A DNA stretch of 32,000 nt. Source: Candidatus Pacearchaeota archaeon. GTDB taxonomy: Archaea > Nanobdellota > Nanobdellia > Pacearchaeales > UBA284. The position numbers and the translations under genes are program-made. Positions 14,599 through 21,725 of this stretch are shown here, one piece after another. Numbering within the stretch: position 1 is the first letter of the stretch; each line of letters begins with the position of its first letter. The notes beneath the pieces are model-generated. The model made no database searches, was not told where the DNA came from, and was given only the letters and a program-made list of their open reading frames with translations. The stretch lies in contig CP061211.1 of the NCBI GenBank assembly GCA_026016245.1, positions 660,001-692,000 of the forward strand. Direction: 5' to 3'.

Positions 14599-15597
14599 GA
14601 AAGGCATTGCTGGATAAAATTTTCCTTTTTCTGAGAAAGTCAATAAAAGAGTTAATGCGAGAGTTGTTGATAATATTGTGATAATAGCAGGAGCAAGCCC
14701 ATATGCAAATAAAATTGTTCCAGCAAAAATTAATGGAAAAGCAACATCACCACCACCAAGAACAGCTAAATTTACTCTTACTTTTATTTTCTTTTCCTTC
14801 CTCTTTCTTAGTTTCTTGCCTTTTTTCTTCATCTTCTTCTCTTTTTCTTTCCTTCTTTTTTCCATTACTTTCAGTCTCTGAATCTTAACTTTGTCTTTAG
14901 GACTGACAAAAGGTAGGAAAAAACCAGCAAAAACTTTTAGATGATGCATCTGGAATTTTGCCATCTTTATCATAAACTTAGATCTGCCCCAGACAGCAAT
15001 CATGTCATATATTGAAATAATAACCAGAAGGATAGCTGCAGCAATCACATTTAATAACGGAAGGAAAATGATGGCAAGTCCAGGATAGATAAAAAGCTCT
15101 GTAAAATTATGAACAAAAATATTTCTTCTAACAATTTTATAGAAGGTTAGAATTAGAGCAAGAGGTATAGCAATGACTTCTGCCAGAGCAACTTTTTTTC
15201 CAAATACCTTAAAAATGGATGTGCTTAGATATGGGTAAAGGAATAAGGTAAAAGCTAAACTGAGACAGATAAAAACAACAACAGCAAACCAGATTTTTAG
15301 AATTATAGTTATCCTGACCTTAGAGAGCAGAAAGAAAAGAGCTATTGCAATTATTAATGCTACAATAATACTTGATATGATCCTTACTATATCAATTGGT
15401 TCCTTTAATTCTATCTCTGGTGGAACTGTTTCGCGAACAACAGAAATCTCTGGCTGTACAATCTTTCCTGTTCTAATTTCTTCCTCTGCGCCTTTTCCAA
15501 AATAATTATCATAAGAAGTAATGACAGCCAAGCCTATGAATTGTGCAAGAAGGAACATAACTAAAATTATGACATTTACCTTTGAAGGATATTTCAT
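14548..15597 (-). CDS. Presenilin / signal-peptide-peptidase homolog (A22 GxGD intramembrane aspartyl protease)
   Basis: Polytopic protein with YD (SIYDMIAVW), GxGD (LGGGDVAFP) and a PAL-like motif (YPAMPFL) in the canonical order. I place the start at ATG-15597 (MKYPSKVNVIILV...) rather than tracked 15681, which would overlap trpS and the promoter. Confidence 0.75.
   Translation of the reverse strand: MKYPSKVNVIILVMFLLAQFIGLAVITSYDNYFGKGAEEEIRTGKIVQPEISVVRETVPPEIELKEPIDIVRIISSIIVALIIAIALFFLLSKVRITIILKIWFAVVVFICLSLAFTLFLYPYLSTSIFKVFGKKVALAEVIAIPLALILTFYKIVRRNIFVHNFTELFIYPGLAIIFLPLLNVIAAAILLVIISIYDMIAVWGRSKFMIKMAKFQMHHLKVFAGFFLPFVSPKDKVKIQRLKVMEKRRKEKEKKMKKKGKKLRKRKEKKIKVRVNLAVLGGGDVAFPLIFAGTILFAYGLAPAIITILSTTLALTLLLTFSEKGKFYPAMPFLSAGCFLGLVLTLLLL
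14781..14863. repeat. Polypyrimidine (top strand) low-complexity tract encoding the Lys/Arg loop of the presenilin homolog
   Basis: 78 of 83 top-strand bases are C/T. The minus strand encodes KRRKEKEKKMKKKGKKLRKRKEKKIK. The tract also produces the spurious tracked ORFs 14678..14881 and 14703..14888. Confidence 0.8.
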
Positions 15598-15616
15598 AAA
15601 TCTTTGAGTGCAAAAG

Positions 15617-15627
15617 CTTTTTAAAAT
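15617..15627. promoter_or_regulatory. Single central TATA element shared by the divergent presenilin-like gene and trpS
   Basis: CTTTTTAAAAT is centred at 15622, exactly 25 nt from ATG-15597 (-) and 25 nt from ATG-15647 (+). The whole spacer is 49 nt. Confidence 0.45.
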
Positions 15628-15646
15628 CTTTCCTCTTAAATTGCTT

Positions 15647-16792
15647 ATGAAAAAGAGGAAAGTCAAAGAGGGGATATTCAAAGTAACACCATGGGAAGTT
15701 TCTGGAAAAATCGATTATGATAAACTAATTAAAGAATTTGGATTAAATCCATTAAGATTCTTACCAAAACAATTTAACAAACTACCCTTATTTAGAAGAG
15801 GGATTGTTTTTGCTCATCGTGATTTTAAACAAATAGTGGAAGCTATACAAAAAAAGAAGAAATTTGTAATGATGACTGGATTAATGCCTTTTGGAAAATT
15901 TCACTTTGGGCATAAGGCAGTTGCAGATCAAATAATATTTTACCAGAGTTTAGGAGCAAAAATATATCTGGCTGTTGCAGATATTGAAGCATATAATACT
16001 AGAAATCCTAATATGGAAGAGTTAAGAGAGACAGCAATAAAAGAATATTTAACAAATTATATTGCTCTAGGTTTAAAACCAAAGAATTGTGACTTTTATT
16101 TTCAATCTCAAAGATCAAAAGACGGAAAAAAAGCTAATGCTTACTATAGTCTAGCTAATTTACTTGCAAGACATGTAACATTCAATGAATTTAAAGCAAT
16201 TTATGGTGAAATAAATCCAGGAAAAATGATTTCTGCTCTATTGCAGGCATCTGATATGTTACATCCACAACTTCCTGAATTTGAAGGTAAACCTTTGCCT
16301 GTTGTTGTTCCTGTAGGAGCTGATCAAGATCCTCATTTAAGATTAGCCAGAGATATAAGCCAGAGAATTAAAATTTACAAATTTACACAACTCAGTTCTA
16401 CTTATCTTAAATTTATCCCTGGATTAAAAGGTATTGATACAAAAATGTCAAGTTCAGATCCTAATTCTTATGTAGCTTTAACAGACTCGCCAAAACAAGT
16501 AGAAGAAAAAATAAAAAAGCATGCCTTTAGTGGCGGTAAAGGAAGTGTGGCAGAGCATAGAAAACTAGGAGGAAATCCAGATGTTGATGTTTCTTACCAA
16601 TATCTCAGAATGTTTTTTGAACCAGATGATAAAAAACTAAAGAAGATTCATGATGATTATAAATCTGGAAAACTTCTTACTAGTGAACTCAAAGAATATC
16701 TTATCAAAAAGATTAATGTTTTCTTAAAAGAACATCAAAGAAAAAGAAAACTTGCTGAAAAACAAGTTGATAAATTTATTTTTAAGGCTTAG
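15647..16792 (+). CDS. trpS: Tryptophanyl-tRNA synthetase, archaeal/eukaryotic type
   Basis: N-terminal FKVTPWEVSGKIDYDKLIKEFG, HIGH-type motif GKFHFGH, KMSKS-type motif TKMSSSDPNS. The C-terminal FFEPDDKKLKKI...LKEHQRKRKLAEKQVDKF closely resembles archaeal TrpRS as I remember it. Start placed at ATG-15647. Confidence 0.85.
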   Translation: MKKRKVKEGIFKVTPWEVSGKIDYDKLIKEFGLNPLRFLPKQFNKLPLFRRGIVFAHRDFKQIVEAIQKKKKFVMMTGLMPFGKFHFGHKAVADQIIFYQSLGAKIYLAVADIEAYNTRNPNMEELRETAIKEYLTNYIALGLKPKNCDFYFQSQRSKDGKKANAYYSLANLLARHVTFNEFKAIYGEINPGKMISALLQASDMLHPQLPEFEGKPLPVVVPVGADQDPHLRLARDISQRIKIYKFTQLSSTYLKFIPGLKGIDTKMSSSDPNSYVALTDSPKQVEEKIKKHAFSGGKGSVAEHRKLGGNPDVDVSYQYLRMFFEPDDKKLKKIHDDYKSGKLLTSELKEYLIKKINVFLKEHQRKRKLAEKQVDKFIFKA

Positions 16793-16793
16793 A

Positions 16794-17414
16794 ATGGAAT
16801 CAAAAACAATTTTAGTTTTTGGAGATAGTATAGTTTCTGATGAACAATTGGATTTTGATAATTGGGTCACTAAATTAAGAAAATTTATGAATGAAAAAGA
16901 GGAAAATAGCGTCTTTAACTTGGGGATATGTGGGGAAACATCTAGAGGTTTATTAGAAAGAATGGATGTTGAATGCAAAGCTAGAGAGCCTGATGTTATA
17001 ATAATAAGAACTGGTGGAAATGATTCAAGATATAACAATAAAATAGAAGATAGTGTTGAAACTTCTATTGATAAATTTGAAGAAAATATAATGAAAATAA
17101 TAAAAATATGTAAAAAATACTCAAATAAGATTATTTGGGTTGGAGAGATACCTTGTGATGAATCAAAAACTATGCCAACAATTTGGAGTCCTACAGAATA
17201 TTTTACAAATAAAAGTATAAAGAAATATAATGATGCTATAAAAGAAATCTGTAAAAAAGAAAAAGTTCTTTTTTTAGAATTATTTGATGAATGGATAAAA
17301 AAAGATTATAAAAAATGGTTGGATGGGGAAGATGGAATGCATCCAAACCCCAAAGGTTATGAAATAATTTTTAAAGGCGTGAGGGATTTTTTGATTAGGC
17401 AAAAGATTATTTAA
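16794..17414 (+). CDS. SGNH/GDSL-family hydrolase
   Basis: Block I ILVFGDSIVSD, block III TGGNDS, block V DGMHPNPKGYE (DxxH). Start placed at ATG-16794, 1 nt after the trpS stop. Confidence 0.7.
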   Translation: MESKTILVFGDSIVSDEQLDFDNWVTKLRKFMNEKEENSVFNLGICGETSRGLLERMDVECKAREPDVIIIRTGGNDSRYNNKIEDSVETSIDKFEENIMKIIKICKKYSNKIIWVGEIPCDESKTMPTIWSPTEYFTNKSIKKYNDAIKEICKKEKVLFLELFDEWIKKDYKKWLDGEDGMHPNPKGYEIIFKGVRDFLIRQKII

Positions 17415-17415
17415 A

Positions 17416-18018
17416 ATGATAAATTTCAGAAAAGATATTGTAAATATAGATTTAGAATGTACTGCTAGTGAAAAAGAGTTAGGTTCTATTTGTGATATTG
17501 GTGCTGTATTAATTGATAAAAATACCTTGGAAATAAAAAATGAATTTAGTTCGCTTATAAGACCCTATAAAATATATTTTGATCCAAGAGCTATGGCAGT
17601 ACATGGAATACCAAAAGAAGAATTAATGAAAGCACGCCCACTTGAGATGGTTCTTGATAATTTTCAATTATGGATTACTAGAGATTGTGAAAAGCAAAAT
17701 GAGAAACATGTTCACCTCTCTTCATGGGGTTCTTATTTTGATATACCTTACCTCATTGAAGCATACAAATTCTTGCATAGAGATTATCCATTTGATTATA
17801 AATATATGAATCTTAAGGATTTTATGAGGTATGATTGTGCTTTGACAGGAAAGCCATTTAAGGGTGGTTTAGGGAGAGCATCAAGAGTCCTTGAACTCCC
17901 ACAAGAATGGGAAAAACATAGAGCGTTGCCAGATGCAATCCAAGGAGCTTTAATTCTAAAAGCTTTAGTAGAAAGAAGATTAAAAAATAAGATTTCTAAA
18001 GAGTTTTTATCTCTATAA
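17416..18018 (+). CDS. DEDDh-type 3'-5' exonuclease (DnaQ/RNase T-like fold)
   Basis: ExoI VNIDLECT, ExoII-like SWGSYFDIPYL, ExoIII HRALPDA (H-x4-D). Confidence 0.65.
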   Translation: MINFRKDIVNIDLECTASEKELGSICDIGAVLIDKNTLEIKNEFSSLIRPYKIYFDPRAMAVHGIPKEELMKARPLEMVLDNFQLWITRDCEKQNEKHVHLSSWGSYFDIPYLIEAYKFLHRDYPFDYKYMNLKDFMRYDCALTGKPFKGGLGRASRVLELPQEWEKHRALPDAIQGALILKALVERRLKNKISKEFLSL

Positions 18019-18577
18019 TATCATGAAAATAAAAATTATTATCTGTATCATAGGACCATTCCAAAACTACATTTTTATAAGGAATTTTTCTAGCATGGTC
18101 TAAAAGATTTGTTATTTCTAAAGAAGATAACAGGTCTCTGTTCCCTTTAACTTCCACATCACAAATGTAAATTTTATCATCATATTTTGGATATTTATAA
18201 TAAACATCAACTTTTTTACCATCTGCTAAATCTCTCACAAAGCCTTCGACAGCTTCAATTATTATGCTATTTTCTAGAAGCATTAGATTGCCAGATTTTT
18301 CAAATTTCCACGCAGGATAAACTACAAAAATGCCTTTTCCTCTAAATTTTTTCTGAAATTTTTCTATTATTTTTGAAACTTCTTCTGTCTTAACATAGGC
18401 TGCAAACGGTAATGCCAATTCATCTTTTTTTATCTCAGGGGGTAAGCAACTTCTTATGCACCAGCCATGTTTTGTTTTTTTATTTAAATTGAGTTCACTA
18501 GCTTTTTTTATAATTTGCCAATCTCCATGCGGTAATGCCAATTCTTCTAATTTTAATATTCCTTCTAATTTATTCAT
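17996..18577 (-). CDS. Hypothetical protein (193 aa), possibly a stand-alone PEP/pyruvate-binding (PPDK_N-like ATP-grasp) fragment
   Basis: SIIIEAVEGFVRDLADGKKVDVYY and LLDHARKIPYKNVVLEWSYDTDNNFYFHDI resemble the ...IEAvwGLGe.vVsG.v.pD.y... and ...a.kiE..fg.pqDiEWa.d..g.lyiLQ segments of PPDK_N domains. This is a weak by-eye similarity only. Confidence 0.3.
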   Translation of the reverse strand: MNKLEGILKLEELALPHGDWQIIKKASELNLNKKTKHGWCIRSCLPPEIKKDELALPFAAYVKTEEVSKIIEKFQKKFRGKGIFVVYPAWKFEKSGNLMLLENSIIIEAVEGFVRDLADGKKVDVYYKYPKYDDKIYICDVEVKGNRDLLSSLEITNLLDHARKIPYKNVVLEWSYDTDNNFYFHDIIEIKTL

Positions 18578-19428
18578 TTTAAATATCCTATTTTTTTAAG
18601 TTGCTTCTTCATAAAATTTGCACCAAGATCCTGGCTATCTTTAAATTCACTTATTAATGTAGGATGCATTTTAAATTCTTTTATAAGTTCTGCGAACGGT
18701 TCAAAGTGTGGTAAAGCTTTTTTATCTTTAAATGGAGCATGAGATTTTTCACCCTTGTCCCCATAATAAACAGGATAAAAATGACAATGAAGATTTCTTA
18801 AAAATTTTTTTCCAAGTTCTTTTTCAATTTTTTCTAAAATTATCCTAAAATCTTTTTTAGTTTTCAAACTTCCAAAAGTTCTTGCATGCACATGTGCAAA
18901 ATCAATGCAGGGTATACATTTAGTCTCCTTGCATATTTGGATAATATGATCAAATGAACCTAATTGTGAAGTCTTACCCATTGTTTCGAGTGCAATTTTA
19001 GTTTTATATCCTAATTGTTTTGCTTTTTCATTTATTTTATTCAAGTTTTTGATGACTCTTCCGATTGGATCATTAACATTCATAAATCCGGGATGTAACA
19101 CAGCAGTTTTTGAATGCATTAAATCAGATAATTTAAGAGTCTTAAGCATCTCATTAAATGAATTTTTAATCACTTTCTTTTTATTGCTTGTTAAAACAAC
19201 ATAATAAGGAGAATGAACACTTAGCTGAACATCAAACTTCTTAGCATTTATTCCCATCTGCAAAGCATTTTGTTCTGAGGTTCTTGCGCCATACGTAAAC
19301 ATAATTTCCAGAGCATTCAATCCAATAGAATTTAACCATTCAGGACAATTTAATCTATTATTGATAAATTTTGAACTAAAAAAATTGGGGGGATTTCCGG
19401 AAGTACCTATTCTTATCATTTTAGACAT
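18574..19428 (-). CDS. AP endonuclease family 2 / xylose-isomerase-like TIM-barrel protein (endonuclease IV-like)
   Basis: Metal-ligand-like series in order: VHSPYY, LHPG, IALETMG, CIDFAHVHA, LHCHF. 284 aa. The first ATG (19428-19426) shares its A with the tRNA-Lys discriminator; an alternative ATG lies at 19419 (MIRIGTSGNP). Confidence 0.55.
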   Translation of the reverse strand: MSKMIRIGTSGNPPNFFSSKFINNRLNCPEWLNSIGLNALEIMFTYGARTSEQNALQMGINAKKFDVQLSVHSPYYVVLTSNKKKVIKNSFNEMLKTLKLSDLMHSKTAVLHPGFMNVNDPIGRVIKNLNKINEKAKQLGYKTKIALETMGKTSQLGSFDHIIQICKETKCIPCIDFAHVHARTFGSLKTKKDFRIILEKIEKELGKKFLRNLHCHFYPVYYGDKGEKSHAPFKDKKALPHFEPFAELIKEFKMHPTLISEFKDSQDLGANFMKKQLKKIGYLK

Positions 19429-19532
19429 GGGCCCGACGCGATTCGAACGCGCGACACCTTGGTTGCTTCAAAGCTTAGGCTTTGACCCTTGCTTATAAAA
19501 GCCAAGTGCTCTACCAACTGAGCTACGGGCCC
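19428..19532 (-). tRNA. tRNA-Lys (anticodon UUU) with a 32-nt intron at 37/38
   Basis: Acceptor GGGCCCG/CGGGCCC, D stem GCTC/GAGC, anticodon stem CTTGG/CCAAG, anticodon TTT (top 19499-19497), T arm GCGCG-TTCGAAT-CGCGT, discriminator A (19428). Mature length 73 nt. Confidence 0.85.
19464..19495 (-). other. tRNA-Lys intron (32 nt), bulge-helix-bulge-compatible
   Basis: A central helix CTTT (nt 32-35) / GAAG is flanked by 3-nt bulges TA|t and ca|A. Confidence 0.6.
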
Positions 19533-19555
19533 TTGTTTTAAAGAGTGTAAATAAA

Positions 19556-19563
19556 TTTATAAA
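19556..19563. promoter_or_regulatory. Single palindromic TATA (TTTATAAA) shared by tRNA-Lys (-) and the small membrane gene at 19585 (+)
   Basis: It is centred at 19559.5, 27.5 nt from the tRNA 5' end (19532) and 25.5 nt from ATG-19585. The total spacer is 52 nt. Confidence 0.45.
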
Positions 19564-19584
19564 GTTTCTTATTAAAATATAGAG

Positions 19585-19803
19585 ATGGAACAAGCAACTT
19601 TAATGATTTTAATTTTAATTGCACTAGCTTGGACAATACCTTGGAAAGGTGTTGCTTTATGGAGAGCATCAAAAAAGAATCATCTGGTTTGGTTTATTGT
19701 TCTTCTTTTAGTAAACACTCTAGCTATTCTTGAAATCCTCTACATTTTTATATTTTCTAAAGAAAAGAAAAAACAGAAGAAAAGGAAGAGAAGAAAAAGG
19801 TAG
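19585..19803 (+). CDS. Small membrane protein (72 aa), DUF5652-like, with a poly-Lys/Arg tail
   Basis: Two TM helices; WKGVALWRASKKNHLVWFIVLLLVNTLAILEILYIF resembles the DUF5652 family as I recall it. The tail is KEKKKQKKRKRRKR. Confidence 0.45.
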   Translation: MEQATLMILILIALAWTIPWKGVALWRASKKNHLVWFIVLLLVNTLAILEILYIFIFSKEKKKQKKRKRRKR

Positions 19804-19852
19804 AAGAGAAGAAATAACAATAGAAAATGAGTTTTAAATTTTCTTAGATTCA

Positions 19853-20155
19853 TTAGCCTTTCATGTGTTTTTTAAGATACTGCCAAGGAATTAATATAAA
19901 TAAAAACCAGAGAACAAGACAGCCAAACTCTTCTATTGGAATGCCAAATCCTACTGTTATTCCTGTGATTTGTTCTGGAAAATTAACCCACCACCTACCA
20001 TAAGCTATTATTTCTATTAAATATAAAAAAACAATACCAGATACCCAGAAAATAATTTTTCCTTTAGTAAACTTAAGAACCTCTGTTTTAAGAAAATAAT
20101 CTAGCAAGATAAGTATTACAATTCCTACAATTGTGGTAATCGTGTATTCCATCAT
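19853..20155 (-). CDS. Lycopene-cyclase-domain-like small membrane protein (100 aa), second half of a split pair
   Basis: Three TM helices. GRWWVNFPEQITGITVGFGIPIEEFGCLV matches the G.W.y...l.G..i..hPhEE..ff pattern of heterodimeric CrtYc/CrtYd-type domains. It overlaps the upstream partner by 4 nt. Confidence 0.4.
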   Translation of the reverse strand: MMEYTITTIVGIVILILLDYFLKTEVLKFTKGKIIFWVSGIVFLYLIEIIAYGRWWVNFPEQITGITVGFGIPIEEFGCLVLWFLFILIPWQYLKKHMKG

Positions 20156-20475
20156 TTTTTCTTATGTTCTTTGTCAAATTTTAAATATCTTTCCCAGACA
20201 GCTATGACTATCATAGGAGCTATTACATACAGAAAAGCGTCTTCAAGATAAATTGGTGGAAGAGAAATTCCAACTAAAACCTCATGACCTATATCCCACC
20301 ATTGTCTGGCATAACCTAACATTGCAAGAGTTTCAGCAATAAAAAATGAGAGAATTATAACTAAGATTAATTTTTTTCTGTTCTTTTTATTAAATAAATT
20401 AAGATTATATGTTTTGTTTACAATAAGTGCTATTACAAGAATGATAATATTAAAGATCAAAAATTCTCCAATCAT
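20152..20475 (-). CDS. Lycopene-cyclase-domain-like small membrane protein (107 aa), first half of a split pair
   Basis: Three TM helices; ARQWWDIGHEVLVGISLPPIYLEDAFLYV is the same pattern with LED. TATA-like AGATATATAAAATT (20494-20507) lies ~26 nt upstream of the ATG. Confidence 0.4.
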   Translation of the reverse strand: MIGEFLIFNIIILVIALIVNKTYNLNLFNKKNRKKLILVIILSFFIAETLAMLGYARQWWDIGHEVLVGISLPPIYLEDAFLYVIAPMIVIAVWERYLKFDKEHKKK

Positions 20476-20646
20476 AATTTTAATTATTTTATTAGATATA
20501 TAAAATTTTCCAAGAAAACGCCCTAGCCAAATGGTTAGAATTTGTTTGACGCTCTTATTGAATTTTTACAAGAGGATTAGGTTTAAATATTTTGCTTCTT
20601 TTAGAAAATTACCTCCTTAGTCTTTGATCTCAAAATTAAATGGTCA

Positions 20647-20656
20647 ATTTATATAG
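20647..20656 (+). promoter_or_regulatory. TATA box for the small-ORF / SDH-protease transcript
   Basis: ATTTATATAG is centred ~26 nt upstream of ATG-20677. Confidence 0.4.
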
Positions 20657-20676
20657 TATATTCAATTATTGTAATC

Positions 20677-20820
20677 ATGAAGAAAAAAAATAAAAAGTTT
20701 GATGAATTAGTAGAGAAAGAACGTTTAAAATTAAAGGATTTTATGGATATTCTTGAAAAAATAAATCAGACGGAGGAAAAAGATGTCGCAGAAATCAAGT
20801 TCAAATTCTCAGCAAGTTAA
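20677..20820 (+). CDS. Small Lys/Glu-rich ORF (47 aa), leaderless geometry, overlapping the start of the protease gene; not in the ORF track
   Basis: My translation: MKKKNKKFDELVEKERLKLKDFMDILEKINQTEEKDVAEIKFKFSAS*. The ATG sits at the leaderless distance from a TATA box. The ORF contains the GGAGG that precedes ATG-20783 and ends 38 nt inside that gene. Confidence 0.35.
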   Translation: MKKKNKKFDELVEKERLKLKDFMDILEKINQTEEKDVAEIKFKFSAS

Positions 20821-21712
20821 GACAACTAAAACTTCTTTTAATTTGGGTCAATTAGATAAAGAACAAAATTTAAAGCGTAAAGAATTAATATTGGACATAG
20901 AAAAACAATTGAAAGGAAAAGTTATTATTTATTTCGCAAATTTCACTCACCCCTTTGGTATAATTTCTGGAGAAGACATAATGCTTTTTGAAGAAACTCT
21001 TGCATCAATAGGGAAAACAGAGAGATTATTTTTAATTATAAATAGTCCAGGAGGTTACCCTGATGCTGCAGAAAAAATGATAATGTTGTGTAGAGCGAGA
21101 TGTAAAAAATTCTATGTGGTGGTTCCAAATGAAGCCAAAAGTGCAGCCACAATGATATCTCTTGGAGCAGACGAAATATGGATGAGTCACATATCTGAAC
21201 TTGGCCCGATAGACCCAATTATAACACATAATCAAAACAATTTCCAAGCTTGGGCATATCTTAGTGGTTTTAATAGTATCAAAGGGGAAATTATAGAATC
21301 TAAAAATCCTTTATTAATACAAATGTATTTACCTTTATTGAATAAGATAGATCCAACTATCTTAGATATCTGTTTGAGAACTACATATGATGCAAAAAAA
21401 TTTGCGGAGAAATGGCTTAAGAAACATATGTTGAAGAGAAATCAAAAGCAGGCTGAGAAAACAGCAGAGATTTTATCTTCAGCTGATAAATATTTAACTC
21501 ACACAAAAGTAATTGATTATAAAGAAGCAAGGAGACATCTTAAATTAAAGGTGAAATACATAAGAAAAGAAACGCGATTGTGGAAAAATATATGGGAACT
21601 ATACGTAAGGGCCCAGAAACACATTACAGATCAAAATCTAACAAAAATGGTCGGCAGCAGTTCTATAGAGATTGGGCAGAGTGTTTCTGTAAAGAAAATT
21701 GAAAAGAGTTAA
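20783..21712 (+). CDS. ClpP/crotonase-fold serine protease of the SDH (serine dehydrogenase proteinase) / SppA-like type
   Basis: LFLIINSPGGYPDAAEKMIMLCR...VVVPNEAKSAATMISLGADEIWMSHISELGPIDP carries the NSPGG oxyanion/nucleophile-region pattern. GGAGG lies 6 nt upstream of the ATG. Confidence 0.55.
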   Translation: MSQKSSSNSQQVKTTKTSFNLGQLDKEQNLKRKELILDIEKQLKGKVIIYFANFTHPFGIISGEDIMLFEETLASIGKTERLFLIINSPGGYPDAAEKMIMLCRARCKKFYVVVPNEAKSAATMISLGADEIWMSHISELGPIDPIITHNQNNFQAWAYLSGFNSIKGEIIESKNPLLIQMYLPLLNKIDPTILDICLRTTYDAKKFAEKWLKKHMLKRNQKQAEKTAEILSSADKYLTHTKVIDYKEARRHLKLKVKYIRKETRLWKNIWELYVRAQKHITDQNLTKMVGSSSIEIGQSVSVKKIEKS

Positions 21713-21725
21713 TATAAAAAACCAT

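Noticed and set aside
14678-14888. Plus-strand ORFs 14678..14881 and 14703..14888 (F/S/L repeats)
   Set aside because: They are read-through of the polypyrimidine strand opposite the presenilin poly-Lys loop, so they are a compositional artefact.
15598-15681. Long N-terminal extensions of the presenilin homolog (to 15681) and trpS (from 15608); similarly 16752 for the SGNH gene and 22476 for the membrane protein
   Set aside because: The extensions would make divergent or adjacent genes overlap by 40-110 nt and would erase the shared promoter. Internal ATGs give N-termini matching family expectations (FKVTPWEV for TrpRS, ILVFGDS for SGNH).
19493-19500. TTTTATAA formed at the tRNA-Lys anticodon-loop/intron junction as an internal promoter for the downstream CDS
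   Set aside because: It lies 65-72 nt from ATG-19428, far from the 25-29-nt spacing seen at every other start here. It is most simply a by-product of a UUU anticodon followed by an A/T-rich intron.
20520-20555. tRNA-like fragment GCCCTAGCCAAATGGTTAGAATTTG... in the long spacer (possible split-tRNA half or att remnant)
   Set aside because: It has an acceptor-like GCCCTAG and a GGTTAG D-loop-like string, but I could not build D, anticodon or T arms on either strand. No complementary CTAGGGC partner exists in the window. It does not match the 5' or 3' ends of the six real tRNAs.
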